Source: a virus (lineage: Duplodnaviria; Caudoviricetes). Taken from it: a stretch of 64,000 nucleotides of DNA. The stretch covers positions 1 through 64,000 of the IMG/VR virus record IMGVR_UViG_3300033120_000387; one strand, 5' to 3'. Of the stretch, positions 37,814 to 47,836 are shown piece by piece. The notes under the pieces were generated by a model. That model searched no databases, was not told the origin of the DNA, and was given only the letters and a program-made list of their open reading frames with translations. A program made the position numbers and the translations under genes. How positions within the stretch are numbered: position 1 is the stretch's first letter; each line of letters begins with the position of its first letter.

Positions 37814-39811
37814 ATGGGAAACTTAACTCAACAATTAATTGACGGTATTAATATTATTGTTGATAAAAAAATAAAAAAAGCTGATTATGCAAGGATAAGA
37901 ACAGGTCTTATAACGAGTATAAATGCAGATGGTACATATAATGTAATATTTGATAGTAAAAACATTACAAATGTTCCCTTTATTGGAAGTGGTACTTTAT
38001 CTATTAATTCAACCGTTAGGGTGGTAATTCCTGATAATCAACCTAATCAAGCAATAATTTTAGGCACAACGGTTGGTGGAAGTATTGTTAGTGGAGTCAC
38101 AAGTGTTAATGGTATGACAGGCGATGTCGCTATGACTAAAAGCACTATAGGTCTTGGTAATGTAGATAATACATCAGATGTTGATAAGCCGATATCAATA
38201 GCCACACAAAACGCTTTAAATCTTAAAGTAAATACATCGTTATTAGCTACGGTAGCCACAACAGGTAGTTATAATGACTTATCTAATAAACCTATTGTAC
38301 CCACTAAAACAAGTGATTTAACTAATGATAGTGGCTATCAAACAAGTACACAAGTCGCTTCGAATATATCTATAGAAACATCTAACAGGCAAACAGCCGA
38401 TAACGATTTACAAGGGCAAATAACATCTAATGATACAGATATTTTAAATTTACAAAACACTAAGGCTAACATAACAGATATTCCTACTAAAATAAGCGAA
38501 TTAACAAACGATAGTGGTTTTTTAACCTCTATACCTACTGAATATGTAACTGATACAGAAATGCAAGCATATGCACAGCCAATAGGTGATTATGCTACTA
38601 ATACTGATTTAGGCACAAAACTACCTTTATCAGGTGGCACTATGACAGGTGCTATTAATATGGGTGGATTTGGTATAAACAACCTTCCTGATGCTACTAC
38701 CAATCAGCAACCTGTTACTTTTAAACAATTAAGCGATGCTATATCGGGGTTGGGAAATGTATTTGATTTAAAGGGTGCATTGGCAACAGTATCGAATTTG
38801 CCAACAACAGGTAATGCAATAGGTGATGTATGGTATGTTGAAAGTGAATCTGTTGGATATATATGGTTACAAGATACTACGGGAACTCTTAGATGGGAAA
38901 AATTTGGTCAAGAAATTGATTTAAGTGGATATATGACTAAAGCAGGACTGCTACAAACCATAGGTAGTGCAACTGATAATGCCATGTCGCAAAACGCAAC
39001 TACAATAGCATTAGCCACAAAAGCCGATATTGAAGATTTATCTAATGTGGCTTTTAGTGGACTATACAGTGATTTAACGGGCGTGCCAACATCACTTCCT
39101 GCAAGCGATGTATATTCATGGGCAAAACAGCCTACTAAACCGACATATACAAGTGCTGAAGTGGGATTGGGTAATGTGCCTAATGTAAACACAAATAATC
39201 AAACGCCTACATGGACAATATCAAGCACATTAGCAAATCTTGTAAGTGGCGAAACCTTAACAGTTGCTTTTGGCAAAATTGCAAAATGTATACAAACACT
39301 GATTAGTCATATTGCTAATGTGTCTAATCCTCACAATGTAACAAAAGCACAAGTGGAATTAGGGAATGCTGACAATACGGCTGATAGTGCTAAAAATGTA
39401 TTATCGGCTACTAAATTGACTACATCACGAACAATAAATGGCGTTTTATTTAATGGTACAGCTAACATATCAACGCCTTTGGGTGGTAGTTCAGATGTTG
39501 CCATAACATCTCCTGTAAATAAACAGGTTTTACAATATAATGGAACTGAATGGGTTAATGAAGCCGTTCCTACAGGTGCAACATCTTTAGGGGATTTAAC
39601 AGATGTAACCCTAACATCACCTACAAATAGTCAAATTTTACAATATAATGGTACAGATTGGATAAATAGTACATTGCCAAGCGTAGATGTGGCAAATGCT
39701 GTAAAAAACCAACAAAACCCAACTACATCTTTAAAAATGTGGTCAGGTACTTTAGCACAATATAACGCTATAACTACTAAAGATGCTACTACAGTTTATA
39801 TGATTGTGTAG
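37814..39811 (+). CDS. Tail fibre/spike-like mosaic protein
   Basis: VTSVNGMTG, GLGNVDNTSD, PTKTSDLTNDSG, LPLSGGTMTG, SRTINGV, LQYNGT.W modules. Confidence 0.85.
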   Translation: MGNLTQQLIDGINIIVDKKIKKADYARIRTGLITSINADGTYNVIFDSKNITNVPFIGSGTLSINSTVRVVIPDNQPNQAIILGTTVGGSIVSGVTSVNGMTGDVAMTKSTIGLGNVDNTSDVDKPISIATQNALNLKVNTSLLATVATTGSYNDLSNKPIVPTKTSDLTNDSGYQTSTQVASNISIETSNRQTADNDLQGQITSNDTDILNLQNTKANITDIPTKISELTNDSGFLTSIPTEYVTDTEMQAYAQPIGDYATNTDLGTKLPLSGGTMTGAINMGGFGINNLPDATTNQQPVTFKQLSDAISGLGNVFDLKGALATVSNLPTTGNAIGDVWYVESESVGYIWLQDTTGTLRWEKFGQEIDLSGYMTKAGLLQTIGSATDNAMSQNATTIALATKADIEDLSNVAFSGLYSDLTGVPTSLPASDVYSWAKQPTKPTYTSAEVGLGNVPNVNTNNQTPTWTISSTLANLVSGETLTVAFGKIAKCIQTLISHIANVSNPHNVTKAQVELGNADNTADSAKNVLSATKLTTSRTINGVLFNGTANISTPLGGSSDVAITSPVNKQVLQYNGTEWVNEAVPTGATSLGDLTDVTLTSPTNSQILQYNGTDWINSTLPSVDVANAVKNQQNPTTSLKMWSGTLAQYNAITTKDATTVYMIV

Positions 39812-39821
39812 GTGATATGAT

Positions 39822-41288
39822 ATGACGGTATATAATGGTAATGTAATAAGTCCTACACAAAGACTTGTAAATGGCGATATAATTGAGTATACTTTTTCAG
39901 GTAGCTTAAAAAATATAATATTAAAACAGGGAACTTATAAATTTGAATGTTATGGTTCAGCATCCTCTGATGTAAGTGGTACTAGCGGTACTGATAATAG
40001 AGGTGGATATGCTGGGGGTACGATTTTAATTACAGAAGATAAAGAATTTTTTATAGTTGTAGGTGGTAATACATCTGGTAATTTTAATGGTTCTGCAAAT
40101 GGTGCTAGAGGTGGTGTATATTCTGGTGGTGGTACTGATATTAGATTAACTGGTGGGAACTGGAACGATCTAGCTTCTTTGTGTAGCAGAATTATAGTCG
40201 CAGGTGGTGGTGGTACAAGAGGAGCTAGTAATAAATATGGTGGTTATGGTGGCGGTTTAACAGGTCAATCCAGAACAGAAAACTATGGTAGTTATGGCGA
40301 GGGTGGCTCACAAACTGGTTCGGGTACATACGGTGGTTTTGGCTATGGTGGCGCAGGGCAATATCGTTCAAATGGTTATGGTGGCGCTGGTGGTGGTGGA
40401 TATTACGGCGGTGGTGGAGTATATCCGGATAGAAGCGGTGATGATGACAGAGGCGGCGGTGGAGGCTCTGGTTTTATTTCAGGTTTAGCTGGATGTAATG
40501 CTGTAATATCTCAAACCAATAGTGGGGCAAGCGGTCAGCCAAACCATTATAGTGGGCTAAAATTTACAAATGCTTCTATGCAAAATGGAATCAGAGATAC
40601 CACGGGATTAGTAAGAATAACAGTAATAGAATTAGTGCCACAATATATCATAACAGCAACATCAAATAATAATGGTTTAATATCTCCGAGTGGTAGTATA
40701 GAGGTAAATTATGGAGAATCACAAAATTTTACAATGATTCCAAATATGGGGTACAAAGTGCTTGATGTAACAGTAGACGGTGTATCACAAGGAAAAATAA
40801 CATCATATACATTTACAAATATTGCCGCCAATCATACCATATCTGTCACTTTTGAATCTATAATATACACTATAACATCTTCTGTTGTAGGCAATGGTCA
40901 AATTATGCCTCTTGGTACAACCAATGTAGATTATGGGGGTACACAATCATATACTATAATTGCCGATGAAGGATATAGAATAAATGATGTTGTAGTAGAT
41001 GGTGTAAGCATGGGTAGAATGAATACTTATACATTTACTAATGTTTTATCTGACCACAATATATCAGTAGAGTTTGTACTATTTTCAAATATTAAGCTAG
41101 GCACGAATATGGTAAATAATATGAAAATAGGCGCGGTTAAAGTTAAATATGTATATTTAGGCTCGACAATGATAGCAAATTATGTAGTACCGTTGATATG
41201 GTCAGATGTAAATGCTTTAAACTACACATTCCAAGATGTCAACAATCTTAACCTCACATGGCAAGATGTAAATGATGGCAAATTATAG
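39822..41288 (+). CDS. Glycine-rich-domain tail protein with two Ig-like repeats
   Basis: GTYKFECYG, GGGTDIR, RIIVAGGGG, GGGGSGF; two YTIT...G.I.P.G...V.YG..Q repeats. Confidence 0.8.
   Translation: MTVYNGNVISPTQRLVNGDIIEYTFSGSLKNIILKQGTYKFECYGSASSDVSGTSGTDNRGGYAGGTILITEDKEFFIVVGGNTSGNFNGSANGARGGVYSGGGTDIRLTGGNWNDLASLCSRIIVAGGGGTRGASNKYGGYGGGLTGQSRTENYGSYGEGGSQTGSGTYGGFGYGGAGQYRSNGYGGAGGGGYYGGGGVYPDRSGDDDRGGGGGSGFISGLAGCNAVISQTNSGASGQPNHYSGLKFTNASMQNGIRDTTGLVRITVIELVPQYIITATSNNNGLISPSGSIEVNYGESQNFTMIPNMGYKVLDVTVDGVSQGKITSYTFTNIAANHTISVTFESIIYTITSSVVGNGQIMPLGTTNVDYGGTQSYTIIADEGYRINDVVVDGVSMGRMNTYTFTNVLSDHNISVEFVLFSNIKLGTNMVNNMKIGAVKVKYVYLGSTMIANYVVPLIWSDVNALNYTFQDVNNLNLTWQDVNDGKL
41197..41288 (+). 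repeat. Copy 1 of a C-terminal W/DVN repeat shared with the next gene
   Basis: AAACTACACATTCCAAGATGT identical at about 41219 and about 42427. Confidence 0.75.
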
Positions 41289-41302
41289 AAAGGAGGGAGT
41301 AT

Positions 41303-42496
41303 ATGAGTTTAACACAACCACTTTTATTAACACAAACCGCATTTGATGCCACTAACGCACAAACATTCCTATTTAATGTAGTAGGTGGTTCACAAGTAGT
41401 TAAAAACACACTTAAAATAACAGATAATACAACAAATATCGTTGTATATGAACAAACACAAACAACCTATACTTTTGAACATATATTGCCTGCAAATACA
41501 TTAACAAATAGCAAGAATTATGTGGCGCAAATACAGACAATAGATGCTAATAATGATACTTCACCTTGGTCGAATATTATAACCTTTTATTGTTATGCAA
41601 CACCTACATTTACCATATCGAATATGCCGACAGGTAATATAATAGCCAACTCAAGCTATGTGTTTCAAGCTACATATAATCAAGCAAGTGGAGAATTATT
41701 AAATTCCTATGATTTTATTTTATATGACTCATCTAATAATCAGATAAGTACAAGTGGTGTACAATATGTGGGAAGTAGCACACCTCCTCCTACAATCATA
41801 TCTCATAAATTTAGTGGGTTTGAAGATAATACTATATACAAAATAGAAGTAAAAGGTGTGACCGCTAACGGAACAATTATCACAACTGGTATAATACAAT
41901 TTATCACTAATTATACTGTCCCTATCTCTTTTGGCGCATTTGAATTAGCTAATAATTGTAATGATGGATATATAAATATTATTAGTAATATGTTGTCAAT
42001 AAAAGCACAAAGTAATCCTTCTCCACCTATATATATAGAAGGTGAAGAAGTTGATTTAGTTAATACAGGCACATATGTAGAATGGATAGAGGGCTTCGAT
42101 ATACCTAATGATTTTGTCCTAAGAGTATGGGGTAGAGCCTTTATGTTAAACAATGTTATATGTATAGCTAGCAACCCTGATATGCCGAACGAAAAATTGC
42201 TTTTAACATATCATTATGATAATGTTAATAAAGAGGTTTCTATTATAGTAGAATATATCACAGGAGGTCAATCATCTTTCTTTTTTAGTAACGCAATAAC
42301 AGTGCCGATAGCAAAAGACCAATTGTTTGTATGGGTAAAAAAAATAGGTGATAATATTACGGTAAATCTTGATGTAACCTATGTTAGTCCTGATAGAACT
42401 TATATATGGTATGATGTAAATAATAGAAACTACACATTCCAAGATGTGAATAATCTTAATATAACATGGGCGCAAGCAAATCAAGGAGGTTGGTAA
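41303..42496 (+). CDS. Baseplate/distal tail protein with FN3-like domains
   Basis: AFDATNAQTF, ITFYCYATPTF, ATYNQASGELLNSY. Confidence 0.7.
   Translation: MSLTQPLLLTQTAFDATNAQTFLFNVVGGSQVVKNTLKITDNTTNIVVYEQTQTTYTFEHILPANTLTNSKNYVAQIQTIDANNDTSPWSNIITFYCYATPTFTISNMPTGNIIANSSYVFQATYNQASGELLNSYDFILYDSSNNQISTSGVQYVGSSTPPPTIISHKFSGFEDNTIYKIEVKGVTANGTIITTGIIQFITNYTVPISFGAFELANNCNDGYINIISNMLSIKAQSNPSPPIYIEGEEVDLVNTGTYVEWIEGFDIPNDFVLRVWGRAFMLNNVICIASNPDMPNEKLLLTYHYDNVNKEVSIIVEYITGGQSSFFFSNAITVPIAKDQLFVWVKKIGDNITVNLDVTYVSPDRTYIWYDVNNRNYTFQDVNNLNITWAQANQGGW
42404..42496 (+). repeat. Copy 2 of the C-terminal W/DVN repeat
   Basis: IWYDVNNRNYTFQDVNNLNITW vs IWSDVNALNYTFQDVNNLNLTW. Confidence 0.75.
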
Positions 42497-42498
42497 AA

Positions 42499-43335
42499 TT
42501 GTATACAAATGTAAAATTACAAAATGGCATATTTGACCATTTTAATGTAACAAAAGATGTCGATGCTCCTTATAGTACAACAATACCTACAGCTTGGGAT
42601 TTATTAACGATTATGGATTGCGATTTTAAAAATAATATAGACGCAGGTAATATTGACTATGCACTAACCTTAATTGATACAATAAAAATAAAGCGCAGAA
42701 TAAAAGGAGAATTTGATTGGCTCACATTGGCTTCTATACCTATCAGAGTTGCATCCGATTTAAAATTTATTAAACCAGACTTCTTTAATCAAAACAATAT
42801 AGAATATGAGTATGCTTTAGTGCCTGTAATGAGCGGAGTTGAGGGAGAGTATATAATACAGTCCGTATTAAGTCAATTTGACGGTGTGTTTATATGTGAT
42901 TATGAAACGATATTTAAATTTTATGCAGGGGTTAGCTATGGTGATACTGAAAGTATACAAGCCGTAGGCGTTTATGAGCCTATTGGCGCAAAATACCCTA
43001 TTGTTGTAGTGAACGCTAATACAGATTATCATACAGGTAGCGTAAATGCTACTATGATGCCAAGTGAATTTTATACAGATGGTACAATAGATAGGCAAGC
43101 AATTGTGAATTATACAAATTTAGTTGATAAATTCTTGAAAAATAAGCGTGCAAAGATATTAAAAGATTGGAACGGTTCGATTTATTTATTGATGGTGACG
43201 GGAAATCCATCGTTATCTTATGCAAATAATTATGGTATGGGCATAATCAACACATCGTTTTCATGGACTGAACAAGGCGACCCTAATAATCAAGAAAGTT
43301 TATATGACAATGGTCTCGTTAATATACTAGAATAG
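42499..43335 (+). CDS. Distal tail/baseplate protein (TTG start)
   Basis: IKIKRR..GEFDW, YEYALVPV, KILKDWNG, SFSWTEQGD. Confidence 0.7.
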   Translation: MYTNVKLQNGIFDHFNVTKDVDAPYSTTIPTAWDLLTIMDCDFKNNIDAGNIDYALTLIDTIKIKRRIKGEFDWLTLASIPIRVASDLKFIKPDFFNQNNIEYEYALVPVMSGVEGEYIIQSVLSQFDGVFICDYETIFKFYAGVSYGDTESIQAVGVYEPIGAKYPIVVVNANTDYHTGSVNATMMPSEFYTDGTIDRQAIVNYTNLVDKFLKNKRAKILKDWNGSIYLLMVTGNPSLSYANNYGMGIINTSFSWTEQGDPNNQESLYDNGLVNILE

Positions 43336-43348
43336 GAGGTATTAGGCT

Positions 43349-44743
43349 ATGAATATTACACAGAATATGTATAATGTGCTTTTACAACAGCAAAGAATTT
43401 TACATATTAAAGTTAATTTGCTTAACTTCCAATTCCTAACAGTAAATGAATTGAGTGGCTTGGTTTTAAATCCTCCACAAATAGATATAAATGCTAATAG
43501 TGATATAAGGCGCACTTGTGATATAGAAATGGTAGTAAAAGAAAGATTATATGATATTGAGGTTGGAGGGCAGATTTTTATTGATAAATTTGTTCAAGTA
43601 TATTTTGGTATTGAAGATATTAGAAATAGCAATGAAATAGTGTGGTTTAATCAAGGAATATACCTCATAAATGCACCAAGCGTTCAATACAATGCTACTA
43701 CTAATACATTGTCATTTCAAGGTGTAGATTTAATGGCTAAATTGACAGGAATGAGAAACGGCTACTTAGAGGGTATACCAAGTGTAATCCCTAAAGATAG
43801 TGTAATTAGAGATGTAATAATTAGCACATTAGCATTAGGCGGTTTTAATAAATATATAATCAATATTAAAGACACCGATACCAAGACACCTTATGAGATT
43901 AAATTAGATATAGGCGCAACTGTATATGATATATTAGCTAAATTGAAAGAGATATATAGTGCTTATCAAATGTATTTTGATATAGATGGGGTTTTCCATT
44001 ATGAGCCTTATCCAACTGATGAAAATGCACCAATACTTATAGACAATTCAATGTGGGATAGATTGTATATATCTCACACAAATGCAGTTGATTTTGAGCA
44101 AGTAAAAAATGTTGTCGAGGTTTTAGGTAAATCATACGATATACAACATTATGGAGCGACAACAACAGTTAGTGGAAGTGAGTATACTACTAATATTGCA
44201 AGTCTAAGTGCTTTATCTAACGATATACTTATAGGGTTTACAGCACCAAGCGTTGTAGTAAATCCTACATTAAAAATCAATAATTTTACAGCATATCCTA
44301 TTGTAAATGAAGATGGCACAAGTGCTGTTATACCCGAAGCTAACAAATATTATGTTGTCCAATATAAAGACAGTAAATATATATTCATGGGATATCAGCA
44401 AGTTAGAGCAACCGCAAAAGATGAAAATCCTGACAGTCCATTTTATGTAAATGGAACAACAGGCGAAATTAGAATTGTTTTGAGTGGAGGAGAATTTGAC
44501 AATATACCAAGCAATAAACTAGCTTTAGATAGAGCAAAATATGAGATATATATGCGGTCAAGAGTTAATGATAGTTTAATAATAGAAACTATACCTATAT
44601 ATTTTGCCGATGTATATCAATTGATATCATTTAAGTTTCCTGATGATGTGGAAACTTATTTATATATGATACAATCAATATCGACAAGCGATACACAAAC
44701 AATAACTTGTTCAAGATTTTATCCCCTATATCCTTTTTCATAG
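43349..44743 (+). CDS. Baseplate hub/tail protein
   Basis: ANSDIRRTC, DLMAKLTGMRNG, MYFDIDGVF, VKNVVEVLG. Confidence 0.75.
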   Translation: MNITQNMYNVLLQQQRILHIKVNLLNFQFLTVNELSGLVLNPPQIDINANSDIRRTCDIEMVVKERLYDIEVGGQIFIDKFVQVYFGIEDIRNSNEIVWFNQGIYLINAPSVQYNATTNTLSFQGVDLMAKLTGMRNGYLEGIPSVIPKDSVIRDVIISTLALGGFNKYIINIKDTDTKTPYEIKLDIGATVYDILAKLKEIYSAYQMYFDIDGVFHYEPYPTDENAPILIDNSMWDRLYISHTNAVDFEQVKNVVEVLGKSYDIQHYGATTTVSGSEYTTNIASLSALSNDILIGFTAPSVVVNPTLKINNFTAYPIVNEDGTSAVIPEANKYYVVQYKDSKYIFMGYQQVRATAKDENPDSPFYVNGTTGEIRIVLSGGEFDNIPSNKLALDRAKYEIYMRSRVNDSLIIETIPIYFADVYQLISFKFPDDVETYLYMIQSISTSDTQTITCSRFYPLYPFS

Positions 44744-44776
44744 GGGATAAAAATACATAAAGAAAGGAATGATTAT

Positions 44777-46234
44777 ATGAGCAATATAACAACACCGTTT
44801 CAATTGACGGATAATTTTAATATGACCGAATTTAATGGTATGTTAAATGATATAAATACAAATACGATAGCACCAAATATAGATATAAGCACAACAACTG
44901 CTAATTTATATGATACAAATAATGTAGATACAGCATTACAAATGATAGCAATAGCTAAAACGACCATAACGCTTACTTCAACTGCTGTGGGCAAGGTGGC
45001 AAGAATTGAGCAAGGAGCTATTATTTTAACACAAACAGCGACAGGGAGCACCATTGTTTTTGATGTGCCCAAAACAGGAACTTGGAATATATATTATGAT
45101 AATATTGGTGTAGGAAGCGCAAATATTAATGTAGGGGATAGTTTTGTTAAAGATGTAGGTTATAAAATAATGACATTAAATATAGACCTTACTAACTCAA
45201 ATCCTGCAACTTGCGCTACTTATGCAGACGATGCAGTCACTATGACGGCAGGTGGCAGTGATTGGGATGCATGGTTTGGTATTAAGCCATGTTTATTTAA
45301 AAACGGTGCGGTAGTAGGGTATTTAAATCCTAATAATTTTACACAGTTTGCAGATGGTTCTGCCGCCGACATCACAAGTGGCAATGCAGGCGATGTTATG
45401 ATTGAGTTTCCGAGGTTAGGTTTGAATATTACTACTGTTGGCAACACACTCACAATATCTATGACAAACAATCCTAACAATAGTAGCTTTAACTACTTGG
45501 CACATACAAGAGGCTCGACAAATAAAGATTATTTTTATCTTGGAGCATACAAAGGTTATACGATGGGTGGTCAAATTCGTTCCCTTAGTGGTAAAGCACC
45601 AACAACTTCACAAACCATTGGAACATTTAGAACTCAAGCCCAAGCAAATGGGGCGGGTTATGAACAAAGTGGCTTTTATCAGCTTATATTTAGACAAGCA
45701 ATGTACTTGTTAAAATATAAGAATCTTGATTCACAGACCGCACTTGGTAGGGGTTATGTTGATGGTAACAGTGCAGCAATTGCTACTGGTGGCACAAATG
45801 CCAAGGGCATGGACTTTGGTGAAACAACTGGTAAACTACAAATGAAGTTATTTGGGCTTGAGGACTTCTGGGGAAATGTTCATGAATGGATTGATGGATT
45901 AGTATCCACCTCTACTTGGAATATGCTGACAACTACAGATAATTTTAATGATACCGGTGCAGGGTATATGGATAATGGTCAAGGAGCAAGCGCTAATATT
46001 GGAAACTATATGAGTAAACCTCAAGGAACAACTAAGACTGGGTTTATTGCAAAAGAAGTAACTGGTTCGGGTAGTACTTACTTCTGCGATTATGCGAGTT
46101 TGTATTCTTCCTGTGTTGCGAGTTTTGGCAGTGGTTGGGGTGATGCTTCGGGTGCGGGTGCTTTCTGTTTGCTGGTGTATATTGCCGCTTCGTATTCGGG
46201 TGCTGCTGTCGGCGCGCGCTTGATGTTTTTATAA
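44777..46234 (+). CDS. DGR target: tail receptor-binding protein with C-terminal C-type-lectin/FGE-like variable domain
   Basis: GDVMIEFP, YLGAYKG, GLEDFWGNVHEWIDG, terminal GARL; the 3' end is the VR. Confidence 0.92.
   Translation: MSNITTPFQLTDNFNMTEFNGMLNDINTNTIAPNIDISTTTANLYDTNNVDTALQMIAIAKTTITLTSTAVGKVARIEQGAIILTQTATGSTIVFDVPKTGTWNIYYDNIGVGSANINVGDSFVKDVGYKIMTLNIDLTNSNPATCATYADDAVTMTAGGSDWDAWFGIKPCLFKNGAVVGYLNPNNFTQFADGSAADITSGNAGDVMIEFPRLGLNITTVGNTLTISMTNNPNNSSFNYLAHTRGSTNKDYFYLGAYKGYTMGGQIRSLSGKAPTTSQTIGTFRTQAQANGAGYEQSGFYQLIFRQAMYLLKYKNLDSQTALGRGYVDGNSAAIATGGTNAKGMDFGETTGKLQMKLFGLEDFWGNVHEWIDGLVSTSTWNMLTTTDNFNDTGAGYMDNGQGASANIGNYMSKPQGTTKTGFIAKEVTGSGSTYFCDYASLYSSCVASFGSGWGDASGAGAFCLLVYIAASYSGAAVGARLMFL
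46088..46231 (+). repeat. DGR variable repeat (VR)
   Basis: 144-nt ungapped match to TR with 31 mismatches, all opposite TR A. Confidence 0.97.
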
Positions 46235-46260
46235 GTTAATAATTTGGGTAATGGAAGTTA

Positions 46261-46404
46261 GATTATACGAATTTGAATTCTTCCTGTGTTACGAATTTTG
46301 GCAGTAATTGGAGTAATACTTCGAATACGGGAACTTTCTATTTGCAAGTGAATAATACCACTTCGAATTCGAATGCTAATATCGGCACGCACTTAATGTT
46401 TTTA
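46261..46404 (+). repeat. DGR template repeat (TR)
   Basis: AAT/ACN-rich copy of VR; flanked by IR GGGTAATGG 46246-46254 / CCATTACCC 46423-46431. Confidence 0.97.
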
Positions 46405-46523
46405 ATATTGACCCACGTGCAACCATTACCCTGGCTCTTGCCAAAACATAAAAAGTAAAAAAGTTGTACTGGTACTCAATAAGGAAGGTTCAACATCAAA
46501 AAACATCAATGGAGGTCAGGAAC

Positions 46524-47678
46524 ATTAAAAGATACGGAAACATATATGAGAAAATATATGATATAGAAAACTTAAAACTCGCACATAAAAATGCGAGAAA
46601 AGATAAGACCTGCTATAAAGAAGTTAAAATGGTGGATGCTAACGAAGATTATTATTTAAGTGAGATTCAGAAGATGCTTAAAAAAGAAACTTATGAAGTT
46701 AGCACATATGAAATTTCAGTGATAAATGACAAAGGTAAAGAAAGAGAATTATGTAAATTACCTTACTATCCAGACAGAATTATTCAATGGGCTATCATGT
46801 TACAGGTTGAGCATATATTCATGCAGGTGTTTACAACATTCACCTGCGCTTCAATAAAGGGTAGAGGTATTCATAAAGCTTCATCTTTGTTAGATAAATA
46901 TATGAAAGATAAAGAAGGTACTAAATATTGCTTAAAGGTTGATATTAGTAAGTTCTATCCAAACATTAACCATAGTATCTTAAAAAGATTGATACGAAAG
47001 AAATTCAAGGATAAAAGATTACTTAGTATTTTAGATAAAATAATAGAAAGTACTCCAGAAAATAAAGGTGTCCCAATAGGTTCATATTTATCTCAGTTTC
47101 TTGCAAACTTCTATTTAGCATATTTGGACCATTGGCTAAAAGAGGTAAAGAGAGTTAAGTATGTTGTTAGATATATGGATGATATAGTTATTCTACATCA
47201 TTCGAAAGAATATTTACACCAATTAAAACGGGAAATGGATATATACTTGGATAATGAACTCAAGTTAAAAATCAAAGATAATTGGCAGGTGTTCCCAACC
47301 GCAATTAGAGGTATAGACTTTGTAGGTTATAGACATTTCTATGGTTACAAATTATTAAGAAAATCTACTTGTAAAAGATTTAAGAAACAAATGCCAAAAA
47401 TTAGAAAGAAATGTAGCCAAGGTCATAAATTAAATTATTCAGAATGGTGTTCAGCTAATTCTTATAAGGGGTGGTTAATATGGTGCAGTAGTTATAGATT
47501 AAGTAAAAAATACATTGACCCTATTCAAACTTATTTAGATGAATATTATCAAAAGCAAATTAAAGAAAGGGAGGTAATGCCTTATGAAAGACATGGGAAT
47601 AGTACAAGGTTCTGTCGCGCAAGCGCAACCTATAATAATAAACAAAGACACAGTATATGTGCATACAAACATCGTTAA
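46524..47678 (+). CDS. DGR reverse transcriptase (probable ATT start at 46524; in-frame ATG at 46509)
   Basis: KRYGNIYEKI, YYPDRIIQWA, LKVDISKFY, GVPIGSYLSQ, RYMDD, GIDFVGY. Confidence 0.95.
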   Translation: MKRYGNIYEKIYDIENLKLAHKNARKDKTCYKEVKMVDANEDYYLSEIQKMLKKETYEVSTYEISVINDKGKERELCKLPYYPDRIIQWAIMLQVEHIFMQVFTTFTCASIKGRGIHKASSLLDKYMKDKEGTKYCLKVDISKFYPNINHSILKRLIRKKFKDKRLLSILDKIIESTPENKGVPIGSYLSQFLANFYLAYLDHWLKEVKRVKYVVRYMDDIVILHHSKEYLHQLKREMDIYLDNELKLKIKDNWQVFPTAIRGIDFVGYRHFYGYKLLRKSTCKRFKKQMPKIRKKCSQGHKLNYSEWCSANSYKGWLIWCSSYRLSKKYIDPIQTYLDEYYQKQIKEREVMPYERHGNSTRFCRASATYNNKQRHSICAYKHR

Positions 47679-47835
47679 AATAGCAAAAGATAATCAAGGT
47701 AAGCCTGTGGATAATTTATATCAATACAACGAGGTGCAATATGATAAAGATGAGTATATTAATTTAACAGTTGAAAAAATAAATTCACAGCAAACAATAA
47801 TTGACGATATCTTAGTAGCAATGGTGGAGGTGTAA
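47584..47835 (+). CDS. Small tail-associated hypothetical protein
   Basis: SD GGAGG; DTVYVHTNI...YQYNEVQYDKDEY; precedes the XkdX-like gene. Confidence 0.65.
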   Translation: MKDMGIVQGSVAQAQPIIINKDTVYVHTNIVKIAKDNQGKPVDNLYQYNEVQYDKDEYINLTVEKINSQQTIIDDILVAMVEV

Positions 47836-47836
47836 A

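Larger units (their letters stand above)
46088..47678 (+). mobile_element. Diversity-generating retroelement cassette (VR-TR-RT)
   Basis: VR/TR pair differing only at TR adenines, plus adjacent DGR-type RT. Confidence 0.97.

Noticed and set aside
40000-40480. GGTGGT-rich low-complexity stretch
   Set aside because: Explained by glycine-rich protein coding; not a DNA-level tandem repeat.
46273-46458. 61-aa Asn/Thr-rich ORF
   Set aside because: It is the DGR template repeat read in the VR frame; TTG start with no SD.
47584-47835. Possible Avd accessory protein after the RT
   Set aside because: Beta-rich N-terminal half and linkage to an XkdX-like gene fit a tail-associated protein, not a four-helix Avd.
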